Origin: Malacoraja senta
Lineage: Eukaryota
Reading direction: 5' to 3'
Assembly (NCBI GenBank): GCA_038087875.1
Contig: CM075999.1
Coordinates: 4,218,001 to 4,282,000 of the forward strand
DNA: 64,000 nucleotides
Shown here: positions 24,691 to 35,531 of the stretch, piece after piece
Numbering within the stretch: position 1 is the first letter of the stretch
Layout of the letters: every line of letters starts with the position of its first letter
The notes under the pieces: generated by a model
The model's input: the letters and a program-made list of their open reading frames with translations, nothing else
Told to the model about the DNA's origin: nothing
Databases searched by the model: none
Made by a program: the position numbers and the translations under genes

Positions 24691-24867
24691 CTACAGACAA
24701 GGGATGAAGCAAACACCGTACAATTAATGTACTGAACTAGTTCATGTGTACCGCCTCATTTGAAAGTCAGGCTCTGAACTGATAAATACAGCTTTATTTT
24801 TAGGTACAATATTTCTGCCTTGTAATCATTCTGTACAATTTAAACAAAATAACTTTAAACAACATTG

Positions 24868-24972
24868 AGAGTTGAAGGTACACAAAAATGCTGGAGAAAC
24901 TCAGCGGGTGCAGCAGCATCTATGGAGCGAAGGAAATAGGTAACGTTTCGGGCCGAAACCCTTCTTCAGACC
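24868..24972 (-). mobile_element. Short Penelope terminal-repeat fragment with hammerhead core
   Basis: Minus: GTCTGAAGAAGGGTTTCGGCCCGAAACGTTACC. Confidence 0.75.
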
Positions 24973-26514
24973 GGAAGAGCTGGCTTGCACCAGGGAGTGT
25001 ACTGAGAGAATAAATACTGTACTCAGATCCACCTGATAGACTCTGTCCAGTAGTATAGGGAGGAAGTGCAGATGCTGGTTTAAACCAAAGGTTGTGGGGA
25101 AAGCAACCAAGGGAAGGGGTGGTTTGGTGAAAAGGGATGAGTTAACCAGGGTTGACCAATACTGCGTAAAGAATCTCGGAAGCAAACACAGCTAGCCCGA
25201 CATGCCTCTATTTCCTGTTGTCCACGTCTACAGCTTGAATACAACATGGAGTTTGAATTACATTTCAATGTCCTTTTAGCAATTAATTGCCCATTGAATT
25301 GAAACCCTACAGATTACTAGAATGGTATACAAATCTTGCTGACGTGACATTTACATAGAGCGTGTAGTGAAAACAATGGGAACGTAGCGAAACTGGATAA
25401 CTATGAATGGAAACTAAAGATTAAAGTCAGATAACCATAGAATAGAAACTCACAGGGGTAGTGGGTGCATGGAACAAGCTGCCAGAGGAAAACACTTAGA
25501 CAGGTACATGGATAGGAAAGACATAGGAAGATATGGATCAAATGCGGGCAAATGGGACTAGCTTAAATGGAGAATCTTGGTTGGCATGGACAAGTTGGGC
25601 CAAAGGGCCTGTTTCCGTGCTGAGGACTCCGACTCTTGATAATCAGTCAGGAATAAATACCGACTAGTTGCTTAAATATTTGATTTTACTTTAAGCAGAG
25701 GATCCAGAATCGAATCTTGACTAAAGTCGACTATCTGGGACACTAAACTCTCTTGAATCTTGAATCAATCCTTGCAGCTGTCATTACCTGTTCTCAGCAG
25801 AAAAGTCTGACAATGCATTTCTTGTCATGGGGAGGGGGAAGTATGCCCACCCTCTGTGGGGAATGCCTCGTTAACAGCATCACACTGGGACACTTTATAT
25901 TAATCTATCCCGGTTGATGGATTTATGCTGGCAATAATAATGTGTTTACCCACTTCCCCCTCCTCGCCTGTACTTTCTCTTCACACTGTAACAATCTTCA
26001 GCTCCACAGCACAACTGAAACAAAGGAAAGCTGCTTACTCCATGTATCTGACCTGCTATTTAATCCAACTATCTAGCAAGTTATTCATTCAACACAAACA
26101 TCAATACTTTATATTCATTGTACAAAACATATCCTGATTCCATCCACAGGTGCTCTCAATTGCCAGGATATTTCTAAACTTGGTATTTGTGCAGGCAGGT
26201 TTACAGCTCAAGCAAATAGAACCTTATCAAATGTATGTTTTAGTCTTATGCTTACATTTTTTTAAATTGAAGTAGTAATTTATTTTGAATTATTCATTGA
26301 CAGAGCAGAGATATAGCTAGAAGGAATCACATTTATTGCTCAGGCTCAACTGCCCCTGAAGCGAGTGCCATGCTGGGCAAATTCAGAGTTATTCTGAGTT
26401 AAGAGAGAACTACTGCTTCATGTTGCCTCTATAGATTCCCTGCATCAGAAGAGCGTTAATAATCAACATGGCTTTATATAACAACGCTGGGACCCACTTT
26501 ATCATTATTTGAAA

Positions 26515-26815
26515 TAGTTTCGTTTGGAGATACAGCGCGGAAACAGGCCCTTCAGCCAAAGTCCGCGCCGACCAGCGATCAGCCCGTACACTAGCACCAT
26601 CCTACACACAAGGGACAATTTACAATTTTTAGCGCAGTCAAATTAGTCCACAGACCTGTACGTCTTTGGAGTGTGGGAGGAAACCAGAGAACCTGGAGAA
26701 AACCCATGGGATCACGGGAAGAACGTATAAACTCCGTACAGACAGCACCCGTTGTCAGGATCGAACCTGGATCTTTGGCGCTGTGATGCAGCAACTATCG
26801 CTGCACCACCGTGCC
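26515..26815 (-). mobile_element. V-SINE (HE1-like)
   Basis: Same family as 8846-9153; partial third copy near 22998-23095. Confidence 0.8.
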
Positions 26816-26837
26816 ATCCTGGCAAATAGGTTGCCAA

Positions 26838-28410
26838 GAGTCATAGAGTGATACAGTGTGGAACAGGCCCTTTGGCCCAACTCGCCCACACCGGCCAACA
26901 ATGTCCAAGCTACCCTGGTCCCACTTGCTTGAGCTTGGTCCATAACCCTCCAAACCTGTCCTATCCATGTACCTGTCCAACTGTTTCTTAAACGATGGGA
27001 TAGTCTCAGCCTCAACTACCTCCTCTGGCAGCTTGTTCCATACACCCACCACCCTGTGTGTGAAAAAGTTACCCCTTGGATTCCTATTGAATCTTTTCCC
27101 ATTCACCTTGAACCTATGTACTCTGGTCCTCGATTCCCCTACTCTGGGTAAAAGACTCTGTGCATCTACCCGATCTATTCCTCTCATGATTTGGTATCTC
27201 TATAAGATCTCCCCTCATCCTCCTACACTCCATGAGATAGAGACCCAGCCGACTCAACCTCTCCCTATAGCTCACACCCTCTAGTCCTGGCAACATCCTC
27301 ATAAATCTTTTCTGAACCCTTTCAAGCTTGACAACATCTTTCATATAACATGGTGCCCAGACTGAACACAATATTCTAAATGCAGTCTCACCAACGTCTT
27401 ATACAACTGCAACATGACCTCCCAACTTCTATACTCAATACTCTGACTGATGAAGGCCAAAGTGTCAAAAGCATTTTTGACCACCTTATCTACCTGCGAC
27501 TCGACCTTCAAGGAACCATGCACTTGCACTCCTAGATCCCTCTGCTCTACAACACTCCCCAGGGGTCTACCATTTACTGTGTAATGTGATCATCAGCCAT
27601 GATCACATTGAATGGCGGTGCTGGCTCGAAGGACCGAATGGCCTACTGCTGCCCTATTGTAGATTGTCTGCCCTTGTTCGACATCCCAAAATGCAACACC
27701 TCACACTTCTCTGTATTAAATTTCATCAACCATTCCTCCGCCCACCTGGCCAATCGATCCAGATCCTGCTGCAATCTTTCACAACCATCTTCACTATCTG
27801 CAAAACCACTCACTTTTGTATCATCAGCAAATTTGCTAATCTTGCCCAGTATGTTCTCATCCAAATCATTGATGTAGATGACAAACAGTAACGGGCCCAG
27901 CACCGAACCCTGTGGCACACCATTAGTCACAGGCCTCCAGTCTGAGAAGCTACCTTCCACCATCACCCTCTGCTTCTTTCCATGGAGCCAATTTGCTATC
28001 CATTCAGCTATCTCTCCCAGGATCCCATGAGATCTAACCTTCCAGAGCAGCCTACTATGCGGCATCTTGTCAAACTCCTTACTGAAGTCCATGTACACAA
28101 CATCTACAGATCTGCCTTCATCAACCTTTTTGCTCACGTCTTCAAAAAACGATCAGATTTGCGAGACCGACCTCCCACGTACAAAACCATGCTGACTATC
28201 CCTAATCAGACCTTGCCCATCCAAATGCCTGTATATCCTATCCCTCAGTATACTCTCCAGTAACTTACCAACTACAGATGTTAAGCTCACCGGCCTATAG
28301 TTCCCAGCATTTTCCCTGCAGTCCTTCTTGAAAAGAGGCACAACATTTGCCACCCTCCAATCCTCTGGCACCTCTCCTGTATTTAAGGACAACTCATAAA
28401 TTTCAACCAA
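26838..28410 (-). mobile_element. CR1 LINE 3' portion (second subfamily)
   Basis: ORFs 28153..28410, 27643..28137 ([16 protein letters not shown]), 27341..27529, 26795..27187; short opposite-strand CR1 tail near 27586-27665. Confidence 0.92.
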
Positions 28411-28492
28411 GTATCAGAAGGAAACTTCTTTCTGTGATTTGAAGATCCAGGATTGTACACAGTTGCTCAGTAACTGAATGCCGTATACTCAC

Positions 28493-28609
28493 ACTCAGCT
28501 TCTCTTTCACCGCGTTTGCAGTAGCAGCAATTGTACACGCTGTATCATGTTGCACAACATGCGAGAATTCCGCAAGGTCCCGCTTCATAAATTCCAATGC
28601 TTCCGTAGA
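28493..28609 (-). CDS. BSDC1: BSDC1 exon 3 (STEALEFMKRDLAEFSHVVQHDTACTIAATANAVKEKLS)
   Basis: cag|...|gtgagt, 117 nt; inside ORF 28403..28660; near-identical to human BSDC1 as recalled. Confidence 0.96.
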
Positions 28610-29829
28610 CTGCCAGGAGAGGGGGGTAGAAGTCAAAGACAAGACCATTAAATTCACCAAGAACGTTTTTAAAATCTTCTCTTAATTTCTTTCATCCTTC
28701 ATCCACGAAGGGGTCCACCAGAGCAGTGGTCTACGCCCATCACCCATTAATGGCACTCTAAACGTTATACACTTGGAACAGCGTGCCACTTTGATTTGTT
28801 CTCTACTTTGGCTTTCCTCGCCATACACAAGTAATCTCCTCCACTCAATCCCATGCTGCAACCACCAAGATAATTCAGTCACAAAAACGGAGAGAGGGGA
28901 TGTACAATCAGCACACTGTCAGGCATGTCGCCTCAGGCATGAAACCCACATCTAGCTCACACTGCTAACCGAAAATCTCATTGGTCAAACATTTAAGAGC
29001 CCATTGAAATTTATATAGAGGCATCTTATTGCATGCCCTGGGAACTAAGTTACAACCCACACTTCATCTGATCAATAAAAGCAATGGAAAGCATGTGTAC
29101 AAAGCCTCTTACACCCCATGTATACTGGTGTCACTCCACAGTAGCTGAGGAAGCAAAGGCTTGCTCCTTATCATTCTACAATTGATTCGGAAGTCACCTT
29201 GCTTTGATAGAGGGGAGAGAGTTTAATTTTTTAACATTACTTATGGTGTGCAAAGATTAACATCCCTATTTCACAAGTTCAAATTTCAGATGGCAAGATT
29301 ATTAATAGTCTTATTATTAACTGTTTCTCTTTCCTGAGACGTCATGGGGCATGCTCAGTGTTGCAGGTTTGGGGAGGACCCCGACTGAATGTTGAATGGA
29401 GCAGTTAAAGTGCAGCTGAATTAGCCTTGGTAAGGAGCTAGCAGGCTTGGTCTGGTACCTGTTGACATCAGTCAAGACACGGCCAAACTTGGAGTCAACA
29501 CCCCATGGTCAGCCGACTGACTGACTCCAGATACATACATAAGCAATAACCAAGCGAGGTATTAGAGAACAACTGACACCTGGAGAGACATCATTCAGAC
29601 AGGTGCTGACAGCTGGTCATACACTTGTCTTCCAGTCCTCCTTCCAAAAAGGCCACCAGGTGAAAATGTCTTAATTCAAATCATTCAATTAAAAGGACAC
29701 TTCTAAACTCTGAATGGTCAAAGGTTGACACCACTCTATTTGTGCTGCAAAGGATATTTTATACACAAACATGTTGTAAAACATATTCTTCAACTCTATT
29801 CATTACAACGCAAACATTTCTTTGCTTAC

Positions 29830-29893
29830 CTTTTCTTTGACTGATTGGAGACCTTCTTGTATCCAACTGCCCCACCAACTACCACCAGATTCC
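29830..29893 (-). CDS. BSDC1: BSDC1 exon 2 (ESGGSWWGSWIQEGLQSVKEK)
   Basis: cag|G...AAG|gtaagc, 64 nt; resembles human GWWRSWLQQSYQAVKEK. Confidence 0.93.
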
Positions 29894-30329
29894 CTGCAAG
29901 GAAAGATATTCCTCCAATTCAATTTCTTAAATTTAAATATATATAAAGGTTTTATATATATATATATATATATATATTGCTAACGGGGAAGATGAGGAAT
30001 CAAAGTATTCCCACATCAATATGCTGAAGTCAAAGACATTCAGGGACTTTACAACCGAATCAAAACTGCAGCATATTATTTTGTGGTGAAGGAGCAACAT
30101 CTCACTGTAGGGAAACAACATCTAATCAATAGCACAGCAGCATGACAGCAATCTAAAATCCATCTAGAAAGGTGCTTGCTTATTATATTCTGATTGGTGC
30201 CAATAACATGATGAGAAAAGAGGACAGAGACCTCTGAACTCCACAGCACATCAAGATCAAACAACTGTCAGAGTAGAAATCCAAGGTTTCTCAATTTACT
30301 CATTTTTCTTGATGAGATAAGAAATAGTC

Positions 30330-30815
30330 CTATCTGCCCGAAATGTTGCCTATTTCCTTCGCTCCATAGATGCTGCCACACCCGCTGAGTTTCTCCAGCA
30401 TTTTTGTTTACCATAGGCCATTGTAAGCTGTTTTGAGGGTGAAAATGAAAATAAGTGAGAGAAATCAATATTCATACCACAGGGCTGTAAGCTGCCCAAG
30501 CGAAATATGAGGTTGTTCCTCCAATTTGCATTTAGCCTCACTCTGACAATGGAGGAGACCGAGGACAGAAAAGTCTGTGCAGGAATGGGAAGGAGAATTA
30601 AAGTGTCCAAGGAGGTCAAGATTGGTTCAGGCGGGTTGAGCGAAGGTGTTCTGCGAAACGATCACTCAGTCTGCGTTTGGTCTCGCCGATGTATAAGAGT
30701 CCACATCTTGAACAACGTATACAGTAAATGAGGTTGGAAGAGGTGCAAGTGAACCTCTGCCTAATCTGAAAAGACTGTCAGGTCCCTGGACAGAGTCGAG
30801 GGAGGAGGTTTAGAG
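30330..30815. mobile_element. Penelope-like fragment
   Basis: LIFRLGSLQPCGMNIDFS (GIY-YIG C-terminus) on minus; pLTR-like piece 30335-30410. Confidence 0.78.
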
Positions 30816-32042
30816 ACACGTGTAAATTCAGTAACTCCCTGGTAAGCAATGACATCAATTTCACTGGTTAAAATCCTGACACTGTCCACCCAACTGCATA
30901 GGTTTGTGAAGATTTCTCACCACTTTCTCAAGAGAAATTTAGAATAAATAATAAATGCTGACTTTGCTAAACAACATCCATGATCTATTCGCAATGGTTA
31001 CTTTAAAGGCAGGTTATTTTGTTAAATATTAAGGCCAATCAATAATACTGTTTACAGAAGGTAGACACAAAATACTGAGTAACTCAGCGGGACAGGCAGC
31101 ATCTCTGGAGAAAAGGAATGGGTGACTTTTCGGGTCAAGATCCTTCTTCAAAAATACTGTTTAATATGGCTGCAAAATAGATCCCTCCAAGCATTGCAAG
31201 ATTTGTTTACATAATACTGATGCACACACATACAAGTCTGCCGATTAGAGTGACTTTAAGCAGTTAAGTCTACAGCCTTGAGGTAGTCACACACACAAGA
31301 TACACAACCAATGCTCAGTAAACCATTCCCTGTGGGATTCCCTCCACAGATGCTGCCTGACCCATTAAGTTTCTCCAATACAATGTGTTTTCACTTTAAC
31401 AACGAAGACCAGCTTTCTGTTTGCCATTGATAGGCACAAAATGCTGGACTAACTCAGATGGACAGGCAGCATCTCTGGAGAGAAGGATGGGTGACGTTTG
31501 TGTAGGAAGGAACAGCAGGTACTGGTTTAAACTTCTGTTTGCCCTACCACACATGAAGGTCCAGGGACAGCCAGGTCCCTCTGAATAATGACACCCTTCA
31601 ATCATCCAACACTTCAAAAATAATCACATTTTCTATCAAAATAACGACCCTAACCTCATTACTTTCAACCTGCCAATACTTCCCTATTTATTGATCTAGC
31701 TATATTATCCTGCAGCTTTCAACTCATCCCCATACCTTCCCCACTGCTCTATTTCCCCCCCTTCCTTCTGCAATCTCCTTCATCCCTTCGGTGTCCACCA
31801 GCATCTGCAGTTCCTTCCATTACTCCTCCCACCCGCTTCTCCCGACCCCCATTTCTACACACTCCCCTCTCCCTCCCTAACTGGTCCACAGCCTTACTCG
31901 CCCCCTCCTGCTGCCCCGAACCCCAGACCACCCTCCCCACCCAAGCCTCTGCTCCCTACCCCTCCTGCTGCTGCTGTCCGTCCCCCGTGAACGCATCCTG
32001 CCCCCCGCCTCCATCAATCCCTCCCGCTGCCCCCCCACTCAC

Positions 32043-32053
32043 CCGTCCGCCAT
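32043..32053 (-). CDS. BSDC1: BSDC1 coding exon 1 (MADG)
   Basis: Minus strand reads gaagATGGCGGACGG|GTGAGT; matches the recalled vertebrate BSDC1 start MAEG; phase fits exon 2; lies in a CpG-rich region. Confidence 0.9.
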
Positions 32054-32200
32054 CTTCCCTCGATGGCGTCATCGATAATATCACCTTTCACCCCCGCCGT
32101 GACGTCACGAGGGCCCGCCCCGTATCCGCGCATGCGCGGCTATGACGTATTGACGTTTACGTACAGATATGTAAATCAGGGTGAATACGTAATTACGTCG
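32047..32200. promoter_or_regulatory. BSDC1 CpG-rich promoter: full CRE, GC box, NRF1 palindrome, YY1 site, CRE half-sites
   Basis: CGTGACGTCACG 32098-32109; CCCGCCCC 32114-32121; CCGCGCATGCGCGG 32126-32139; TGACGT at 32143 and 32151; CCGCCATCTT 32047-32056 over the start codon. Confidence 0.8.
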
Positions 32201-32254
32201 AGTCTGAGATGAGAAGGTTACTAGAGACTGGATACCTACATCCTTCCTTCCTTT

Positions 32255-32422
32255 CTTTTCCTTTTTTCCTTTCTTCTCCCCACCCCCTATCAGTCTGAAG
32301 AAGGGTTTCGGCCCGAAACGTTGCCTATTTCCTTCGCTCCATAGATGCTGCTGCACCCGCTGAGTTTCTCCAGCATTTTGTCTGCCTTTGATTTTCCAGC
32401 ATCTGCAGTTCCTTCTTTAACA
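32255..32422 (+). mobile_element. Penelope terminal-repeat element with minimal hammerhead core, next to BSDC1 promoter
   Basis: CAGT-CTGAAGA-A-GGG tttcgg CCC-GAAA-CGTT-GCC at 32291-32325, then the conserved family tail. Confidence 0.78.
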
Positions 32423-33227
32423 GGTTATTGGAGATGCCCGCATAGAAACACAGGCAATAGGTACAGGAGTAGGCCATTCAGCCCTTCGAGCCAGCACCGC
32501 CATTCAATGTGATCATGGCTGATCATCCACAATCAGTACCCTGTTCCTGCCTTCTCCCCATATCCCCTGGTTCCTTTAGCCCTAAGAGCTAAATCTAACT
32601 CTCTCTTGAAAACATCCAGTGAATTGTCCTCCACTGCCTTCTGTGGCAGAGAATTCCACAGATTCACAACTCGCTGGGTGAAAAGGTTTTTCCTCATCTC
32701 AGTCCTAAATGACCTACCCCTTATTCTTAAACTGTGGCCCCTGGTTCTGGACTCTCCCAACATTGGGAATATTTTTCCTGCATCAAGAATTTTATATGTT
32801 TCTATAAGATCCCCTCTCATCCTAAATTCCAGTGAATATAAGCCCAGTCGACCCATTCTTTCATCATATGTCGGTCCCGCCATCCCGGGAATTTACCTGG
32901 TGAATTTACGCTGCACTCCCTCAATAGCAACAACGTCCTTCCTCAAATTAGGAGAACAAAATTGCACACAATACTCCAGATGCGGTCTCACCAGGGCCCT
33001 GTACAACTGCAGTAGGACCTTCTTGCTCCCAAACTCAAATCCTCTTGCAATGAAGGCCAACATGCCATTAGCTTTCATCACTGCCTGCTATACCTGCATG
33101 CTTACTTTCAGTGACTGGTGTACAAGCACACCCAGATCTTGTTGCGCTTCCCCTTTTCCTAATCTGACACCTTTCAGATAATAATCTGCTTTCCTGTTAT
33201 TGCCACCAAAGTGGATAACCTCACATT

Positions 33228-34359
33228 AACCTCAGCTACTACACTCCAAACTTTCCGAGTTGACTGTGCCTGAACCCCTCTGTCAGTGGATCACCAACTT
33301 CCTGACAGACAGGAAGCAGCATGTGAGGCTGGGAAAGCACATCTCGGACCCGCAAACACTCAGCATAGGAGCACCGCAAGGCTGCGTACTCTCTCCTCTC
33401 CTCTACTCTCTCTACACCAACAACTGCACCTCCACAGACACCTCTGTCAAGCTTCTCAAGTTTGCAGACGACACAACTCTGATTGGACTGATCTAGGATG
33501 GGGAGGAATCTGCCTACAGACAGGAAGTATCACAGCTGGCATCCTGGTGCCATCGCAACAACCTAGAGCTCAATGCTCTTAAGACAGTGGAATTGATTGT
33601 AGAATTTAGGAGAGCTCCCCCTCCCCTCACCCCACTCACCATCAACAACATCACAGTCACAGCTGTGGAGTCTTTTAAGTTCCTGGGAACCATCATCTCC
33701 AAGGACCTTAAGTGGGGGGCTACCATCGACTCCACAGTCAAAAAGGCACAACAGAAGATGTACTTCCTGCGGCTGCTAAGGAAGCACAATCTGCCACAGG
33801 CAATGATGGTCCAATTCTACACGGCCATTGTAGAGTCTGTTCTCACCTTCTCCATCATGGTCTGGATTGGCTCAGCCACCAAGCACGACACCTGGAGGCT
33901 GCAGCGAATCGTCCGATCAGCAGAGAAGATTATTGGCTGCAACCTTCCCTCCATTGATGAACTGTACACTGCAAGGGCCAGGAAGCGAGCAGGCAAGATC
34001 ATCTCTGACCCCTCTCACCCTGGCCACAAACTCTTTGAATCACTTCCCTCTGGAAGGCGACTCCGGACTGTCAAAGCTGCCACAGCCAGACATAAAAACA
34101 GTTTTTATCCACGAGTAGTTGCTCTACTCAACAGCCAAAAATCTGTAGCCTCCCTTTGATCTGGTATTTTGTTGGTTCACATGCTTGATCAATGGTGTTT
34201 TATCATTAATGTTTTATTATTATTAATGTTTAGTGTTTTCTGAGTCATTCGTAACTGTCACTGTATGTCATGTTGTTACTTGTGGGCGGAGCACCAAGGC
34301 AAATTCCTTGTATGTGAATACTTGGCCAATCAACTTACTTATTTACTTTAAACTTACTT
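33228..34359 (+). mobile_element. Rex1/Babar-clade LINE, 5'-truncated
   Basis: GAPQGCVLSPLLYSLYT, KFADDTT, KKAQQKMYFLR, HPGHKLFESLPSGRR; (ACTT)n tail. Confidence 0.9.
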
Positions 34360-34420
34360 ATTTATCCACATTATACAGCATCTGCTATGCATCAGCCCAC
34401 TCACACAACTTATCCAAGTC

Positions 34421-34754
34421 ATAGGACGACAGATGGCGCAATGGGCTAAGTGTTCGGCTGGCAACCGGAAGGTAGCCGGTTCGAATCCCGCTTGGAGTGC
34501 ATACTGTCGTTGTGTCCTTGGGCAAGACACTTCACCCACCTTTGCCTGCGTGTGAATGTGTGTGAATGTGTGTGAGTGATTGGTGGTGGTCGGAGGGGCC
34601 GTAGGCGCAGATTAGCAGCCACGCTTCCGTCAGTCTGCCCCAGGGCAGCTGTGGCTACAGAAGTAGCTCACCACCACCGAGTGTGACTGAGGAGTGAATG
34701 AATAATGCGATGTAAAGCGCCTTGGGTATTAGAAAGGCGCTATATAAATCCAAT

Positions 34755-34788
<34 letters not shown>
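34421..34788 (+). mobile_element. tRNA-derived CORE-type SINE with L2-like tail (AFC-like)
   Basis: TGGCGCAATGG A-box, GGTTCGAATCC B-box, GTGTCCTTGGGCAAGACACTT CORE-like segment, TGTAAAGCGCCTTG...GCGCTATATAAAT tail, (TA)n. Confidence 0.8.
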
Positions 34789-34790
<2 letters not shown>

Positions 34791-35531
34791 TGCAGCCTCA
34801 TAGCATTTCATCGCCACTCAAACTGCCACCCAGCTTTGTGTCATCCTCAAACTTGGAAATGTCACATTCCCTCGTTTAAATCGTTAATATATGTTGTAAA
34901 TAACTGGACTCTCACCACCGAGCCTTTCGGCATCCCACTGATTACTGCCTGCCATTCTGAAAAGGACCCGTTAATTCCTGAAAAGATCATCCACACATTT
35001 ATCTCCTCCCGCCTCGATTACTGCAACTCCCTTTAAACTGGCATCAGCCAATCTTCCCTGTCCCGCCTGCAACTGGTCCAAAACGCTGCAGCGAGACTCC
35101 TGACGGGCACCCGAAAAAGGGACCACATCACCCCAATTCTGGCCTCTCTCCACTGGCTCCCTGTGCGGTTCCGAATAAATTTCAAGATCCTTCTTTATGT
35201 CTACAAAGCCCTTAACGGGCTTGCCCCCACCTACATCAAAAGTCTTCTTACTCACCACACCACCTCCAGGTCACTCAGACCGGCCGACTTGGGGTTACTG
35301 AACATCCCGCGATCTAGGCATAAGCTCAGGGGCGACCGCGCCTTTATGGTTGCAGCTTCTAGACTGTGGAACGGCATCCCTCTTCCCATCAGAACCGCCC
35401 CCCTCCATCGACTCCTTTAAGTCGAGACTTAAAACTCATCTTTACTCTCAAGCCTTTCTTGACATCCTCTGAGGGAGGGCTACATGTATGTATTTATGTA
35501 TGTACTTAATCTATGAACCAAAGTTGTATAA

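Noticed and set aside
34430..34500. tRNA gene
   Set aside because: A/B boxes present but continue into a SINE body and tail; no convincing cloverleaf
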